64,000 nucleotides of DNA from Eukaryota sp. GEM-RC1. Its lineage: Eukaryota. Under the pieces are notes generated by a model that did not search any database, was not told the origin of the DNA, and saw nothing but the letters and a program-made list of their open reading frames with translations. The DNA lies in NCBI GenBank assembly GCA_040285855.1, contig JAUFOQ010000001.1, positions 682,001 through 746,000 of the forward strand, read 5' to 3'. Every line of letters starts with the position of its first letter. Positions within the stretch are counted from its first letter, which is position 1. The translations under genes and the position numbers were made by a program. Below are positions 48,495 through 62,956 of the stretch, one piece after another.

Positions 48495-49410
48495 CATCAC
48501 ACGTCATCGGTATCAACACTATTAATTCAATTAGTTCTTGTTTTGACTATCAACTGAGTGGTATGGATGTATGTTGACCATTTTGAGTTATTTTGCAGGG
48601 TGATAATTAATTATGAAGAAGACAAAGAAGTTTATTGCCTTTAACAAATTACTCCACTAATCAGGATGATTGCCTGACACATCATCAATTGTGTTGAAGT
48701 TGCCATGTGAGGCGTCCGTGAATTCTGCTTGGATGGATCTCCAATGAGGTCTGGGTTTCTTCGAGACGAATCTGTTTTTCAAGATTCTCACGTGCATTTC
48801 GCTTTAAGTCAATCACAGTGAGACCTTGAACTACAAAAGATGTAACGTTCTTTGCCAAAACGTCTTCTTCAGTACTTTGCTGTACTGACTTGGTCGCTTT
48901 GGGAGTAAACAGTTTTTCAATAGAATAGGGAATAGATCCATTGGTTGATGTCCCTGACTCATATATCGATTTACTCGAGCGCCGGGCCACGTTTACAGCA
49001 ACCACACCAGCATTGGCAGCCTACAAGTCTTCTAAAGTAATGCAGACAGCCTGTTTCCGATCGTGTTCTAAACCTATTTTGTTAAAGTCTGAATGAGTGA
49101 GATTTCTGTGTGAAGAAGAAAACAGGAGATGAGAAGAAACTAGCACGGTCATTCAAATACTTATCTACTAGCTTAGTGGTTAGGTTATGTTTATGAGAAG
49201 CGTTAGTGGCGGTTTAGTATTACAAGATCAACTCGGACCTTGCTACAAGAGGTCGATTGTTGTCACATTCAATCAATAAACTGAACTTTAGTAACCTTGT
49301 TAGGGTCAGGATGGATGAAGATGTCTACTGTTTAATCATAGAAACATTGACCACCATTGATATAATCGAGGGACTCAGAAAAGTTTTCTTCACAAACGTT
49401 GGTGAGTAGG
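48495..49410. repeat. Inverted paralog of 120-1030
   Basis: See first feature. Confidence 0.85.
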
Positions 49411-51045
49411 AGATAGTACATGGAATTCAAGTGGATCGTTTGTTTGTTTGGGTGTGGAAAACTAATGATTTAGTAGTGACTTGGATAATATTATATCTAA
49501 GAAAATCTTAATGCAATAATTGCAATCATACAATTTATAAGTTATAACAATGCCGAATAATGTTTATGTATTAAAAGGAAATAAACTTATAGTCTTACTC
49601 AGGGTTGGGAGATCAATTAATATAATTCCAGTAATATTTGTTTATTCGAAAAACGAGATCAATTAAATAACACTGAGTAAATCCCCGATATACATGTCTT
49701 CAATGTTACAGGTCTTCATCAACATCGCAGTGTTGTTCTAATGATCCTCATGGTGAAGCTAATTTTTGAAAAACAGACATTGAAAGAAGAGAATTCGATA
49801 CACTCTACATCAGCAGCAGCAACAGATATCATCAAAAACGACCATTTATACTACTGTAGCGACTGTAGTCATAAATGTGATTAATGCACTTTCTCACTGC
49901 CCTGTGTCTTAGAAGGCTATTATATTCCACTCGTCAGTAAGATTTTGATTACTTGTCTCTGAAAATTCACACCCAAATTTCGTTATAGTACTTCTAGAGA
50001 AATTTTTTCAATGTTTGACACCGAGTTCTTTTGTTCACTTTTTGTACCAGTCTTTTAACGGAAAAAATCAAATTTCGTAATTAAAGACATTCTCCAAAAG
50101 AACTTGGCGGATGTGCAAAGACAAGCGATACTAGAGACTATTTAATCCAACGACTGACTTAAGATTAAACATTTTGTCAATTTTATAAGGCATCATGAGC
50201 GAAATCAAAACAGCAGTTACAGGGTCACAAAATTTGTGATAAAAAGTAGTTTTTTATTTGAAATTTTGTTTTTGTCTGACAATGATATATCATAATAGAG
50301 ATTGCAGTTTGACATGGCCGAAATCGTCGGACTCCGAGATGTTTATTAATTCTGACTAAACCACTTTTCCGATTATGTTTTGACCAAGTTGGCTCTTTGG
50401 AATTAGGTAGGTCGTTATATACTTTGTGTTAATAGTCGTTATTTATAATAGTCGTTTTGTTCTTTTGTGTGTTTTTCTCATCACATAACCGCTTCTTTCT
50501 TGAACAACTTCAGATTCATATTGAAATATGACCTTCTCTATTTGACCTAATTTTCACTGAACTTGGTTGGTAACATTCTCATACATTGACAAAACTCCGA
50601 ACTAGGAAGAAGTTCAAATTGATAGCACTACACTTGGTGTTTATCTACATCTTATTTAGCAACATTATTGGGTTTGTATCTGCTGTTCTTCAAGCGTTCG
50701 AAAGTAATTTGTTGCTAAGTAAACATAAAAACTGGCAAGTCCACTTGATAAGTGTAACAATGTTGTTGTTTCTTCATGGTAAAACAATTAATACAGAGAT
50801 GTGTGGACAGAATTGTAAAACTTTATGTAAAGTTACACTATTTTGTGTCATTAACATAAAATTGTCAAATTCGTAGTGAAACAATTTGGTTTATCTCTAT
50901 TATTCTACTGAATTAACGACGGTTGAAGAACAACACACACATACAATAGTTTTAAAAATACACAATTGCATCAAATCATACTTATCGAGTATTGAATAAT
51001 TAACGGAACGATAAAAATAAATAAAAAAATCTAAGAACTACTTAC

Positions 51046-52816
51046 TTACAGTGTCATCAAGTGTTGAAAACAAGAGACCAAACCATTATACGAATCCATC
51101 AATAATGAGTAATATACATCACAGTCAGTTTCTTCATCTTTAATACAAGTATGTGGCTTAAAAGGGCCAGCATGAATAGCATAAAGGTGATTTAAGAATC
51201 TTGGAACGTCATCAATCTCAACTAAACCATGAAATGATTGTATGATAGGATTATACTGTTGAGGCAACACGTAATAATTCCCATGACGGATATACCAATA
51301 AGCAAAAGTCTCTTGTTCAGACCCGGTAAGTCTTTTGCCGACTTAACAGTATAATGCCAACCATCATAATTCTCTAACATTTGCTGCCAAAACTTAATAA
51401 ATTCCTCGCCATAGCCTGGTGAAAAGACTAATAAACCTCCATTAAGAATAGATCCATGAGAAGAACCAGAAGTAGCCAGTAGAGTTTCCTCAGGTAGAGG
51501 TAGGTCAAATAGATGGTCTATTGACTTCAAAAGATAATAATCCCAGTCAATTGAAATAATTCTCTTTACGCGTTTGTCTAAATAATTATTAAGTCGTTGA
51601 AGAAATAAAGACTTAACATAGAAAGAAGCTCGATATTTTGGCGGACCGAATATTTCTAAAGGAGCAAACTTAAACTTCATGTGTAAATGTAGCAACTTCA
51701 ACATTAGGAATTTTACTTAGCGAAACTAAATGTTTAAAATGATCAGCACATGAATCTTGAACAAACAAAATAATTCGTCTTTTGAATATTTCCTGGTTTG
51801 AGAAACTGAAAGAAACATTCCAGCTAGATTTTCTGGATTCCAATTTAAAACACCACACTCATTAGTTCCTTCAGGAGTTGTGAAAGTGTAAACAAAAGCA
51901 GTTTCTGCAACGTCATAATGTGGAGACAGATCCTGGAGTTGATCTTCAGAAACTACGTGTAGAGGAGGAAAACCACCTTCAGCATCAGTTTTAGCTTGGA
52001 ACTTCAAATCCCAAGCTTTAGAAGTTGGAATGAAGACAGTGAAAGGAGGAACATGTTTGCCTGACATTTGCTCAGCCGTAGTAATATCCATGGTAATGAA
52101 AGAAGAATGGTCACCGGAAGGTCTGGTCGTGGAAACAATCACCCAAGAAGTATTGTCAATTGCAATCTTTACTGGAGAGTCAATAGCAAGATCCAGAGCT
52201 TATTGTATTAGATGTCAATAGTGTGGTCTAGCAACAACAACATTGTGAGTAATGATGTAGAAGTGTCCGTTGAGGTGGTGGTCTAGTGCAGTGAAGGAAG
52301 AGACGTGTCTTGGTGTAAGCCCATAACGGTAGAAGAAAGAAGAAGTTTCTGATACACAAGAGCTAGGACAGAAAGTTACACATGTGAAGAAGGACAGTTC
52401 CATCAGCGTCATGGAAACGATGTTCAGGATGTGACGTGGATAGGAGAGAATAGGAAGAAGTGGCTTGTGAAGGAGAGATGTTGACTTGGGTGTATGTAAG
52501 AAGAGTAAGTAGGAACAGGACTGTAAACAGTACGAGAACTGAGGAAACACAAACACTTAAGTGCTTTGAACGGAATATATATTTTGTACCAAAAGAAGTC
52601 AGGCTGGAGTAGAAGCGGTAAATGAAGGAACATGTATAAAGAGCACTTGCAGTGTTTCCAAGGATGTGTGTCAAAGTGATGGTCGTGTCGCGTATAGACG
52701 ATCGAACATCTCTTTTACAAGTTCTGCACAGCATCGGACCTACCACATGAAGAAGGAGTTGAAGAAGGAATCAACTCAGTTATAAATCCAGATTCTATAT
52801 TAGAGGAAGATCGCAT
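51046..52816 (-). pseudogene. Disrupted type II membrane glycosyltransferase, GT8-like C-terminus
   Basis: TM segment VSSVLVLFTVLFLLTLL; RIISIDWDYYLLKSIDHLFDLP (DxD) and LNGGLLVFSP resemble GT8; several frameshifts and stops. Confidence 0.55.
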
Positions 52817-52836
52817 TAATGAGGATAACAATTTGA

Positions 52837-53485
52837 CATTGTTGCCTAGGCGCCATAACCAAAAATAAATTTGTCATACGCGTATGGGCGTATGGGCGTA
52901 TGGTAGAGTGGCAGAATGGCTGACAATGGCCATCAAGCCATTTCTAGCAGAATCTGTCGAACATCACTTAACTTCATAATGTCTAAATACCATCTCATAC
53001 ACTTCAATTTGTCATCAAATTAGTAAAACAAGTATGCTCTGTAGAATCGTGTGAAAGAGTTTGAGTACGTACTCATTCATTCACAACAAACGATGAAACA
53101 GACTTCTTGTAGTTGTTTCCCTTTATAGAACTATTTATAAAAAATTTGAGATAAAAACAAAAACAGACTTATAATGGAACGCACAAAAACTGGTTTCTAT
53201 ACACAACAATGGAACTCAGATCAAAGACATCCAGCAATGGAAGCAGAGATGGTATTTTGATGGTGATATTTTTCCAATGAGATGGATGATGTGGAGATTT
53301 GGTTTTCAATAAAGTATATTTATCTACATACTTTTAAACAAGTCATAGAGTCTCGGTGTCGATGAAGTTCAAATACAGAAACATATAGTCAAAATGTGTA
53401 TGGCAAAACAGAAAATACCATACGCGTACGGGCGTATGGCCGTATGGGAGTCCATACGTGTATGGCAAACAATGGCGCAACACTG
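52837..53485. mobile_element. hAT-type MITE
   Basis: Ends CATTGTTGC / rc CAGTGTTGC; CGTATGG subterminal repeats; perfect 8-bp TSD caatttga (52829-52836, 53486-53493). Confidence 0.85.
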
Positions 53486-53510
53486 CAATTTGATTGTTAC
53501 CGTTTACATT

Positions 53511-54104
53511 CAATGTGCGCAAATCTTTGGTACGTACCGTACGTACGGTACGGATCGGTACGTACTATTAATTTTATCCGTACCGATGTCATTTGATTTT
53601 ATAACAAGTTTATTTATGAATGATCGAAATGGACTTACAAATACTATTTTTTGAGTGGAGGTTTATTCACTAGTCAAACACAGTACTTATGAAAATTGGT
53701 ACGGCGTCTTCTGATCGTTCAGAAGTCCAATCTGTGTGTTTTGGGCCCTGTATCATTGTTGTATTACGTCGTAGTCACTCATTAAATGTATTGTGATTCG
53801 AAGACGCTACTACTATTGCTGATGTCGAGCGATTGCTGAGCTTCATAAAAATGTCATTTCGGGGAAGTTGTGGTCAGCAAATGACGTACCCTAAATGTGA
53901 ATATGTGTGACAATCACGATATTGATGTCCTGAGCAATGTTTAACGGTAGAATTTGTGACGATGGTAACTGTTAAATTCTCACATTGGATCACTATGTTC
54001 AAAAAAGTATTAATTTATTTTAGTCGGTCAAAAGTACGTACGTACGAACGGTACGGTACGGTACGCCCTAAATCGCACCGGTACGGAACATTTGCGTTCC
54101 ATGG
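53511..54104. mobile_element. Non-autonomous hAT element with GTAC subterminal repeats
   Basis: Ends CAATGTGCGCAAAT / rc CCATGGAACGCAAAT; TSD tttacatt / tttacagt; left half repeated at 60735-61020. Confidence 0.75.
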
Positions 54105-54112
54105 TTTACAGT

Positions 54113-55435
54113 CTAAATCATTTGGCATACCAGCGAAATAGTCTATGTTCAGCACCTAAAAACTCTTCAATTTGAGATAGTGCAAGTTCAAAATCATTGG
54201 TAGACACAGAGTATGCCAACTGAGTAAATAAGCGATTAAACTCTTCTAATTCTTCTGAGTGACCAAATGACTTCATTGCTTTACTCTCAACATTTTTAAA
54301 GATATGCCAGAGGCAACGAATATGTTTAGCGCGAGGACAATATTGCTCAATGGCATTGCAAAGAGCCAAGTCTCTATCAGTGACCAATATTTGCGGCATA
54401 ACACGAAAGGTTGTTACGAACTGCTGCAGAACCCAAGTAAACTCTGCTTCGGTTTCATTACCCAAAAATCCAAACGCAATAAACAAGGACTTGTTTTGAG
54501 ATGTTTTTCCTACAAAAACGAGTAAGGGAGGGAGTGCATGTTCGTTTTATACGTACAGTCCAAAGAGTAGACATGTCTGTATCTTCTACCTAGCTCAAGA
54601 GCGGAAATATGAGTAAAAAATAAGTTTTTAAGACCACCATCATCATTAAACGTGGCTCTGTGTATCCAGTTGTCATCGGAGCAAAGGTAGTTAAACAGCA
54701 CTTGAATGTCATTTAGGCCCTGTGTGAATTTCTTCTTCCAGCGATCACGACCATTAGCAACGTCCTTATAAAGAAGAGGGCATGCTTCGACATCAAAAGC
54801 GTTACCTTCCGGCTCTGGATATCTGGTTCTAAGAACTCTTAGGATTTCTCCTGGAGAACAACCAGCTGCATATAAACTTTCAAGTTCCGGTTGATGTTCT
54901 TAAGAACACCAACGACGAAAAGGAGCATGGGCGGCAAGATTGTCCACAAAGTTGTGAGTTGAATGAACACCATCCATTGCGACGTTGGACCAAACTCCAT
55001 CTATTACACGGCAGTAGATCTGGAAGACACATCCAGTTTTCTTTGACAAGCGCACTTCTTCTTCATTGCGGCGGTTTTGATAACCCCTGTCGCAGATCAA
55101 ATAGACGAAGGAATCACAACTAGATGAGCTGGTACCCAGGACGAAGCCATTTGCGAAGGCCCAGAGCTTCAGAGTTTGAACAAGTTCTTGTTTTGAAGAA
55201 AAAGAGTAAAGATGAGGTTGAGTGATGCGAACAGGTTGTTCAGGTACTTCGGGTTGTAGAGCTTCTGACATAAAGAGTGATAAAAAATTGTCGTGTTTGA
55301 GTGTTGTGTAATAAGTATAGTTGTGTAATAAGTTGTGGATTTAGACATTCTCTAAAAATATTGTTCAAAACCAAAATTATTGCATTACACAATATTGCAA
55401 TTATTGCAAAAGTGCAATATATTTTTGACAGTCCC
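54113..55435 (-). mobile_element. Mutator/MULE (FAR1-like) transposase remnant, 3'-truncated at the hAT insertion
   Basis: WA..NGF...CDRG...SKKTGC.F..H.H DNA-binding domain; LDCTYKTN; E..F.WVL, TDRDLAL.NAI, H..C.WHI.KN. Confidence 0.85.
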
Positions 55436-55439
55436 TGGC

Positions 55440-56511
55440 CTCAACACACCCCACATCACTCAACAGCCCTATCAGAGACTTAGTCAATGGTACACCCAGG
55501 GTCATGAGTTTAAACAGCAACCCCCACAACAATTTTATGAATTGATATTTGTTAGTTAAGGATGTCTCAGTAACCGAAACCATCGATTCAGGCACACAAA
55601 TCACAGTCGTCACATCCGATTTAGCCGAATCCTGTAAGATGAAGATTTCACATGATACCTTATCATACATTTCTGCAGATGGAAACCGTACATCGTCCTT
55701 AGGCATAGCCAAAGGTGTTCTTGCGTTCACACTGAATAGAGCAGCTAACCTAGTGTTTGTAGATCACTCATTCCCAATTGTTACAGGTACCCAAACAATG
55801 CTCATCGGGATCGATTTATTAAACAAACTAGGGCTATTAACAGATGACAGTCTAGTAATAAATCTTGATAAGGAGCATAACATCATCATGACAGATGAAT
55901 CAGAATTCGATCACCTAATGAGCACTCCTCCATCAGTGGAATCAATCAGAGACACCGATCATTATACATCATTCAATCCAGTTGAATCAGGTTGCACAAT
56001 CACTTTGGACAATCCTCTTCTAAATCAACAACTGTCATCCCTACTAGAAGAGTTCAGGATCATCTTCCAATCAGCACCACACCCTGATGGAATTGATTGT
56101 CCACCAATGAGAATCCCCTTCCATGACGAATCAACTGTCGTTAAACGGAAACCTCGTTTCTTCAATCCTGAGAAACTAAAGACTGCCAATGGCATCTTTG
56201 ATGAACTTATCGAACAAGGATTCGCTGTGTCTTCCCCCCAATCTAAGTTCTCAAGCCCTATAGTACTCGTCACGTACCCTGATCATAGGAAACGACGTCT
56301 GACTGGAGATTACAGTGATACAGATGGTGCTAACGACCTAACTGTTCCGATATCATCCGACCTACCCAACATCGCTGATGTGATCATATTCTTACCAGCA
56401 TCACACTTCATCGCAACACTAGATATCCCTAAAGCCTTCTGGCAACTCAAGATATGGACAAAACTGCTTTATCAAAGCCTAACAGAACAATCACGTTCAC
56501 CAGAGCTCTAA
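55440..56511 (+). mobile_element. Gypsy aspartic protease plus RT N-terminus fragment
   Basis: IDSGTQITVV and LIGIDLL protease motifs; SKFSSPIVLV, RLTGDY, LDIPKAFWQL. Confidence 0.85.
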
Positions 56512-58655
56512 TTGTACTGGAACAGTACCCTTAGAATAAATTTACTTTTACCTTCTCCTAAATCATCTAGATCCCAAGACAACAATAATTATTGTGTTGC
56601 TTGCGGTGCTGCACCATGGGTGTATGTTCCCCCTCACTCACCAATGTCTCAGGACCCCACAATGAGTCGCTTCTTTCCAGAAGGTCCCGTCCTCCAAAGA
56701 ACGGTTACAACCGAAGGTCCCGTCCTTCAGAGTTCTCCTCCTGTTGAAGGTCCCGCCCTTCCAAATTCTGTATCTCCTAAAACTTCTCATCTTCCAGAGG
56801 AAGTGCAGAGTACACATCCCCCGGTGACTACTATTGAAGACTCACCAACTGCGGTAACGAGTCCATCCTTTGAAAGGCTCAGGGCTAAGCTTAACAAGGA
56901 CACTGCTTCCCAAAGCATCCAATAGTCCTTTTCAATCCCTAAATATTGAGAAAATAACCACTTCCTCTGTAACTCCCATGTTGCAACCCAAAGGATTTAC
57001 GTTTACTCTGGAACGAGGGTAATCTCTCCCTCGATCAAAGCCTTTACCAAAAGCCACTCGTAAGAGTGTTCCCACAGCAATTGTCCCACTGCACTTTCAT
57101 GGGAAAAGTTGGAAGCTATGTATGCAGAAGACAACACAGTAGCCTATATTGGACATCCAGTACCAATAGAAGATATATTTTTCTCCATCTAACAACAAAC
57201 TAGATGATCAATTAGTGTTTCAAGAGGCCGATGTTGTAGCCCAACAAATCTCACAGGATCTCTCTGGCTTTCTAGAATCCTTACTTATAATCATTGATGC
57301 AGGGATCGCTGAAATGAATTCAATAATGTTAGCTAGACATCCATGACACCCCATAGAAAACCACCGCTTAAACTTCTCAGCCAGCTAATGTTGGCTTCAA
57401 GTTGCTGAAAAGACACAATTCCTTCTCTTGAAGTGGGAAGATGCAAGAAACCATTCTCAATGTCCTTGGCTTGTTAACTGCTCAAGGATTAAGTATCAGG
57501 ATCAGTGACAAACGACACACCTTACTCACCACCGAAGACTTCGATCAACTGATCCACTCCTGAGTAATGTTTAGAAATGGTAAAGTCATGTGATTATACC
57601 TTTTTCTGACAATTTCTCGACATACTACAATGATGAAAGTTTCTTTCACCATGTGAACTTTATGAAAAAAGACTCTTTAAACAATCAAATAATCAATGGT
57701 AGTAGATGACATAAATTATTCTAAAAAAGAATTGATTTTCTTGGTAAACGCAATTTAAGCCCAATTTGATAGAGGATTGTCAAAATTGATTGAAGACTTG
57801 TGGAAAACAACACATAGAAGTTAACTTACTTACAACATGTTAGTGATGATGAAGTCATCAACATCACTTTAGTTTGAATTTTTGAGGATAACAGAAGACT
57901 GCAAATCACAGATACAGAAGTACGGAGAGAAAGATAAAAAAAGCAAGACCTGAAGCAAAGGTAGCAGAAGGACATGAACCAGGAGTATGATGGTAAAAGA
58001 GAGGATTGAAGTTTCAGAGAATTAGGGCGACTGACATCAAAAAACGATCAACTCTGCCCCAGTTTGATATAAATAACAAGAAGCAAAGAAGAGAAAGTAT
58101 TAACAACTAGAGACGAAGTTTCTTGAGAAGGATCACATTTCTTTTAGAAAAGAAAAGTGCTCCAAAGAATGATGACGTGATGGAAGAAGTAAGATGACGA
58201 AAACAATGTTGAGTAAAAGCTAACGCCATTGTAGGAAGCAGAAGTAACAGAAGCTGGAGTGATTGAAGAATGAGCTGTAGAAAGAGGAATAGACCAACAG
58301 TCATTGATTCGTGATAGAACTATGTGAAGCTAGATCAGGATCAAAGTAGTAAAAGTGAGAGGAAGCAAACAAACCACTGCGAATGAGAACAAGATCACAG
58401 AACTCTTGACTAGATCATTAACCATAGGGTACCTAAGTGAAGCAGCATCAACTTAAAGGGAGTGAATGAGCATGAGTTTGAGATCATTGGTTTAACTTTT
58501 TACCAATGATAGTTCGATGTGAGTACGGTGGAATACTGTATATCATCAAATGAAAGACTACTCTTCAGAAGAGGTTCAAGATTAGACATGTAGTTTTGTT
58601 AAAAAGCCACAAGAACATTGGTCTCGTTTACTTATCTCCTTTTCTATTGCTTCTA

Positions 58656-60152
58656 ATGTCATTCTCTCTTCCCCCAACAGAAACTCTGTCCATCATTCTC
58701 GATGAACCCTCTCTATGTAACCAAACCATTACATTCGGTGGTGAATCCATCGAAGTAAACAAATCTGTCCTTGCTGCCCACTCAACGTACTTCCGATCCC
58801 TCTGGTTCTTGGAGTTTGGGGATAAACTTGAGAACCCCATCGACTTCTCCCATCTTCCCGTCGATTCTGACAACTTCTTCGCTTTCCTCAAGTCCTTCTT
58901 CGGAAAGTCGTTCACCCTCAACGAAAGCAACGCCTACAACTTCTTTTACCTCGTCCACTACTTCCAAGTGGATAAACTCATTCATCACGTTGAAAACCAC
59001 CTAAACACTCATCTTGTAACCTGGGCTTGGTTAAAACCATTCATTACGGAAGCAGATGAAAGAAATGACTTGAGAGCTTTGGAATTCGTTGGTCCTTTCT
59101 TTTCTAAGATTGATGACCATGTGATTGATGCTGTGATGGAAATCACCACTGAAGGGTTTAAAACGCTTGTAAAATATTGCACATCCACTGATCCACAGTC
59201 GTGGTTCATCAAATCAATGGTGAGCTCAATTCTCAATCAAAATTTCGATTTGAATGAGTTTTTATATATTCTAAATTCTTGTTCAATTGAGGCCTTTTCT
59301 TTTCAACAATGGGATGAGTTTCTGTTTGCTCCTTTAAAAGATGTTGAAGAATTGGAAGCCGATTTGATGAAGTTTCTGTTTACAAGAGTTAAGAATCTTT
59401 ATTTTGACTCCTTGGTGAAGGAAGTTTCTGAATTGACAGCCAACGTATCTGAATTAACCACCAACATTACTGAAGTAGAAAGTACCAATTCTCAGTTAAA
59501 TATACTTAATTCTGATTTAACAACGAAAAATTCTAAATTGACAACTGATCTTCAGAATTTATCTGCTACAAACGTCAACGCACTTAACCAAATTTCTCAG
59601 TTGAAACAAGAAATAGAACAATTAAAAAAGACAGCTACAGAAACTCAAATGGTGTCTCAATCAGTTCCTCAATCAAAAATGATTAGATTCTCTCAAACTA
59701 GGAAACATTCTCAGTTACAAGTTAGTGGGGATGGACAGAGAGTTGTTGTTGGAAGTAGTAATGGTGGGTATAGAAGTATCTTGGGAGAAGATCCACTTCT
59801 TCCAGGTAATGTGTACACTTGGAAGTTGAGGTACCAGGGGGGTACTAATAGTCTTGTGGTTGGAGTCATTGACGAGTCAAAGTTTAGTGTTGAAGGTGGT
59901 TGTTATAACAATGCACATGGTTATCGTAATGATCTTGGTGGTCAAGGTTGTCTCTCAGGAAACAAGACCAGGTGGATTCCTAATGAATTACTCGAATTCA
60001 ATGTAAATCTAATCAATCACACTTTAACAATCAAATCCGTGAGTAATTCTTCAATTAATCTTAATAGAACTCTTCCCAGATTATGTAGTGGTAATTATTA
60101 TGTTTACGGTTTCTTATATCATCGTACTCATGAACTTGAAATTGTTGAATAA
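58656..60152 (+). CDS. BTB - coiled coil - SPRY/B30.2-like protein (family 1), intact
   Basis: Full-length paralog of 34569..36113 with different variable loops. Confidence 0.85.
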   Translation: MSFSLPPTETLSIILDEPSLCNQTITFGGESIEVNKSVLAAHSTYFRSLWFLEFGDKLENPIDFSHLPVDSDNFFAFLKSFFGKSFTLNESNAYNFFYLVHYFQVDKLIHHVENHLNTHLVTWAWLKPFITEADERNDLRALEFVGPFFSKIDDHVIDAVMEITTEGFKTLVKYCTSTDPQSWFIKSMVSSILNQNFDLNEFLYILNSCSIEAFSFQQWDEFLFAPLKDVEELEADLMKFLFTRVKNLYFDSLVKEVSELTANVSELTTNITEVESTNSQLNILNSDLTTKNSKLTTDLQNLSATNVNALNQISQLKQEIEQLKKTATETQMVSQSVPQSKMIRFSQTRKHSQLQVSGDGQRVVVGSSNGGYRSILGEDPLLPGNVYTWKLRYQGGTNSLVVGVIDESKFSVEGGCYNNAHGYRNDLGGQGCLSGNKTRWIPNELLEFNVNLINHTLTIKSVSNSSINLNRTLPRLCSGNYYVYGFLYHRTHELEIVE

Positions 60153-60734
60153 AATTGATAAAATTACTATTGCGGGTAAGTCTCCTCATTTAAAGTGGTG
60201 GTTCAAATTAATTGGGTGAAGTTATTTTTGCACCAACATTTTTCGCTATCTTTGTACCAACGTCTTTCTCTCTTTTACAGACCGTATAGACAAATAAACT
60301 CTAACCTTACTCTACATCATTTTATTGTTCTTCTTTTCGGGTCGTTGGGTCACTTCTTCTTCTGGTTTTGTTGCCACAGAGAAGATACACCTACACACAA
60401 TCCATATCGCCAATAATTCACTTCGTTATTCAAACTGTACTGTAATATGTTTGGAAAGCACTGTGTAGAAGACTTCTACTAGAAGTACAAAATACAGTTT
60501 ATTGAAAATAGACAGATCTTTAATTTGGAAAGTTGTTGTCAAAGTCAGAGCAATATTCTACATCTATTACAAAAAGTAAAACACAAATTCTATGACAGCT
60601 GCGTGAAACCGAAAGATTAACACTGAAAGTCAAGCAGATAGAATATATATACCTAAGAAAGTTTTACAACACCAGCTCCCATGAGATCAGTAATCATTAC
60701 AATGTCTGCCAAAAATATTGAAAATATGACAACC

Positions 60735-61020
60735 AATGTGCGCAAATCTGTCGTACCGTACATACGGTACATATCGGTACGTACCAATTTATATTATCCG
60801 TATCGATGTCATTTGATTTTATAAAAAGCCTATTTATGAATGATCGAAATTCTTTTATAAATAGAATTTTTTGGGTGGCGGTTCATCCACTAGTCAAACC
60901 AGTACTACATGTAGAGCAAATTGCTACTGCATATTCTGATCGGTTAAAGATCCAATCTATGGGTTTTTAGGCCCTATATCATTGTTGTATTACGTCACAG
61001 TAACTTGTTAAATACATTGT
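60735..61020. mobile_element. Left half of the GTAC-repeat hAT element
   Basis: Colinear with 53511-53800. Confidence 0.75.
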
Positions 61021-61165
61021 GTTTAGATAACAACTTGACTCCCCAGTAAGTAGAGCGTCCTCGTCTGTTTACGATACCCGTGGATGAGATTGTGAAGTTT
61101 TTGCATAAGTATGAACCTTCATCGGTTGATTGAAGTGCAAAAGAACATCACAAAGTGGGTGTGGT

Positions 61166-62948
61166 CAGGAAGTACTATTAAATATTGCAAAACGTATTTA
61201 TTTTCGATTGTTTCGAAAGGGCAATATTTATTGCCTGATATTGCAAAATTTAAATAAATATATAAAATGTGATTGTAATCAAACTATTAAATCTGAACAG
61301 AAAGTACAGTGGTGAAAAATGCAGTTGTTCTGTGTCTATCAGATTTGGGAATAACATATTGAATCATTAGTTTTCTCACTTTATGCCAGCTGAGGATAAT
61401 GCCTTATGCTTCATTGAAAACGCAAACCCCCAACCCATCATAACTCCTGAAGGAATGAATGATGGATTTGTAACAAATGCCCCAACTTTGGCCCAATCTG
61501 TGTCAAAAAGAATTCTGGCTACTCCAACTTCTTGCCCCATATTAATGATAAGCATCCGGACCACGCAGAAGCAACGAGGAAAGCCACACCCAACTGGGGT
61601 CCTAAGCAAAAACCGACAAGAGTACCAGCATTTAGGGATGGCTTGATTGTATTGTAGCAAATCTTCTCTTCTAAAACCTAAAAGCTACACTTATCGTCGC
61701 CCTTGCAAGAGATACTTTCAAACTCTACATTTCACTAATGTATTACGAAGTAACAACAACTATCTCAAAAATTCTTCCGGACAATTTCGTTATTGTATTT
61801 GATGGATGGAAGGCACCGAACGGCCAAACAGAATACGTTGCATTGTATGGCGCGATTCTAGGACATCAACATCCAATTATGTTAGGATTGATTCCGTATG
61901 AGGATGATGTTGTGTACGACGAAAGCATTCGCTCGAAATTCGACACTTCTCGAAATGTTACGAGAAGACGCCTGACGAGGTCGACAAACTCTTTGCGGAA
62001 TTGAGATGTCTGAAAAATCGCATGGTACTTGAAAAATTTACGGAACTCACACCTCAACAAAGAAATGCCGATGGTGTTCTGCCATCGATAAGTCGGTTTT
62101 TTGAATTTAATCAACTGAATATCCTTAGTTATTTTGGCGACACTGTTTTAGACTTAGTACCGTATGATGCAGAGAAATGCAAACTTAGAGAACTTTGCGC
62201 TAAGTACGATGCTTTTAAAGTTTATACAAAGTTTCTCCAAACTGAGGATTTTACATTTGTTGATATATGGAGAACTTTGGATAACTTTCACTGCCGGTTT
62301 TCGGACATGACCAAGTATACTTCCACTGAAAGTGGTATAGTTCACTGTCCTGAATTTTACTCAGGAGTACTTAAAGTATTGTGTGGAAATGAAGAAACTC
62401 TGAAAGATTAAGAGAAACGATTATTGAAGCCATTCACAAAAAAAAATTCAAGTTGATGACCAGAATGATATCAGAAGAAGCAATGAAGAGGGAAGTAGAA
62501 AGAGTTCAACGGGAACTAAGAACCATAAAGAATAAGATGAATCCAATTATGTTGACTTGTCTTTCATCCCGCTTAGATCCAATATATGCGAGCATCTATT
62601 CAGCAAAGCTAAGAGAACACTGGAAATCCATCGTCTTGCTATTAATCCAGCTAGTCTTCAGAAACAGCTGTTTCTACACGAAAACCGTGAGTTTTGAGAC
62701 CTTTCCACAATCGATTACATTGTTAACCTAAAAAGAGATAAAAAAGCCGATAATGAAGTCGTAGATATCAGTGATAATCAGTTTGTTTCAGTTAGTGTTT
62801 TTGTCGCCATAAATATCATTAACTCTAGTTCATATTTATTTAAATATTGCGATATTTATTGCAAAATATGGAATGTGAATAAATATTTATTTTCATCGAT
62901 TTACAACTAGAATAGGATATGTATTTAAATATATATTAGTGCTCCCTG
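61166..62948 (+). mobile_element. hAT transposon with decayed transposase
   Basis: TIR CAGGAAGTACTATTAAATATT / rc CAGGGAGCACTAATATATATT; TSD ggtgtggt / gatgtggt; VFDGW; C-terminal IPLRSNICEHLFSKAK..L...R. Confidence 0.85.
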
Positions 62949-62956
62949 GATGTGGT

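Noticed and set aside
52870..54100. CRISPR-like or satellite array from the CGTATGG and GTAC repeats
   Set aside because: No repeat-spacer periodicity; these are subterminal repeats of TIR elements with TSDs
1297..59236. Short antisense ORFs over the BTB, kinase and kinesin genes (e.g. 1297..1533, 35839..36201, 58628..58930)
   Set aside because: Shadow frames of real genes; their recurrence only reflects paralogy
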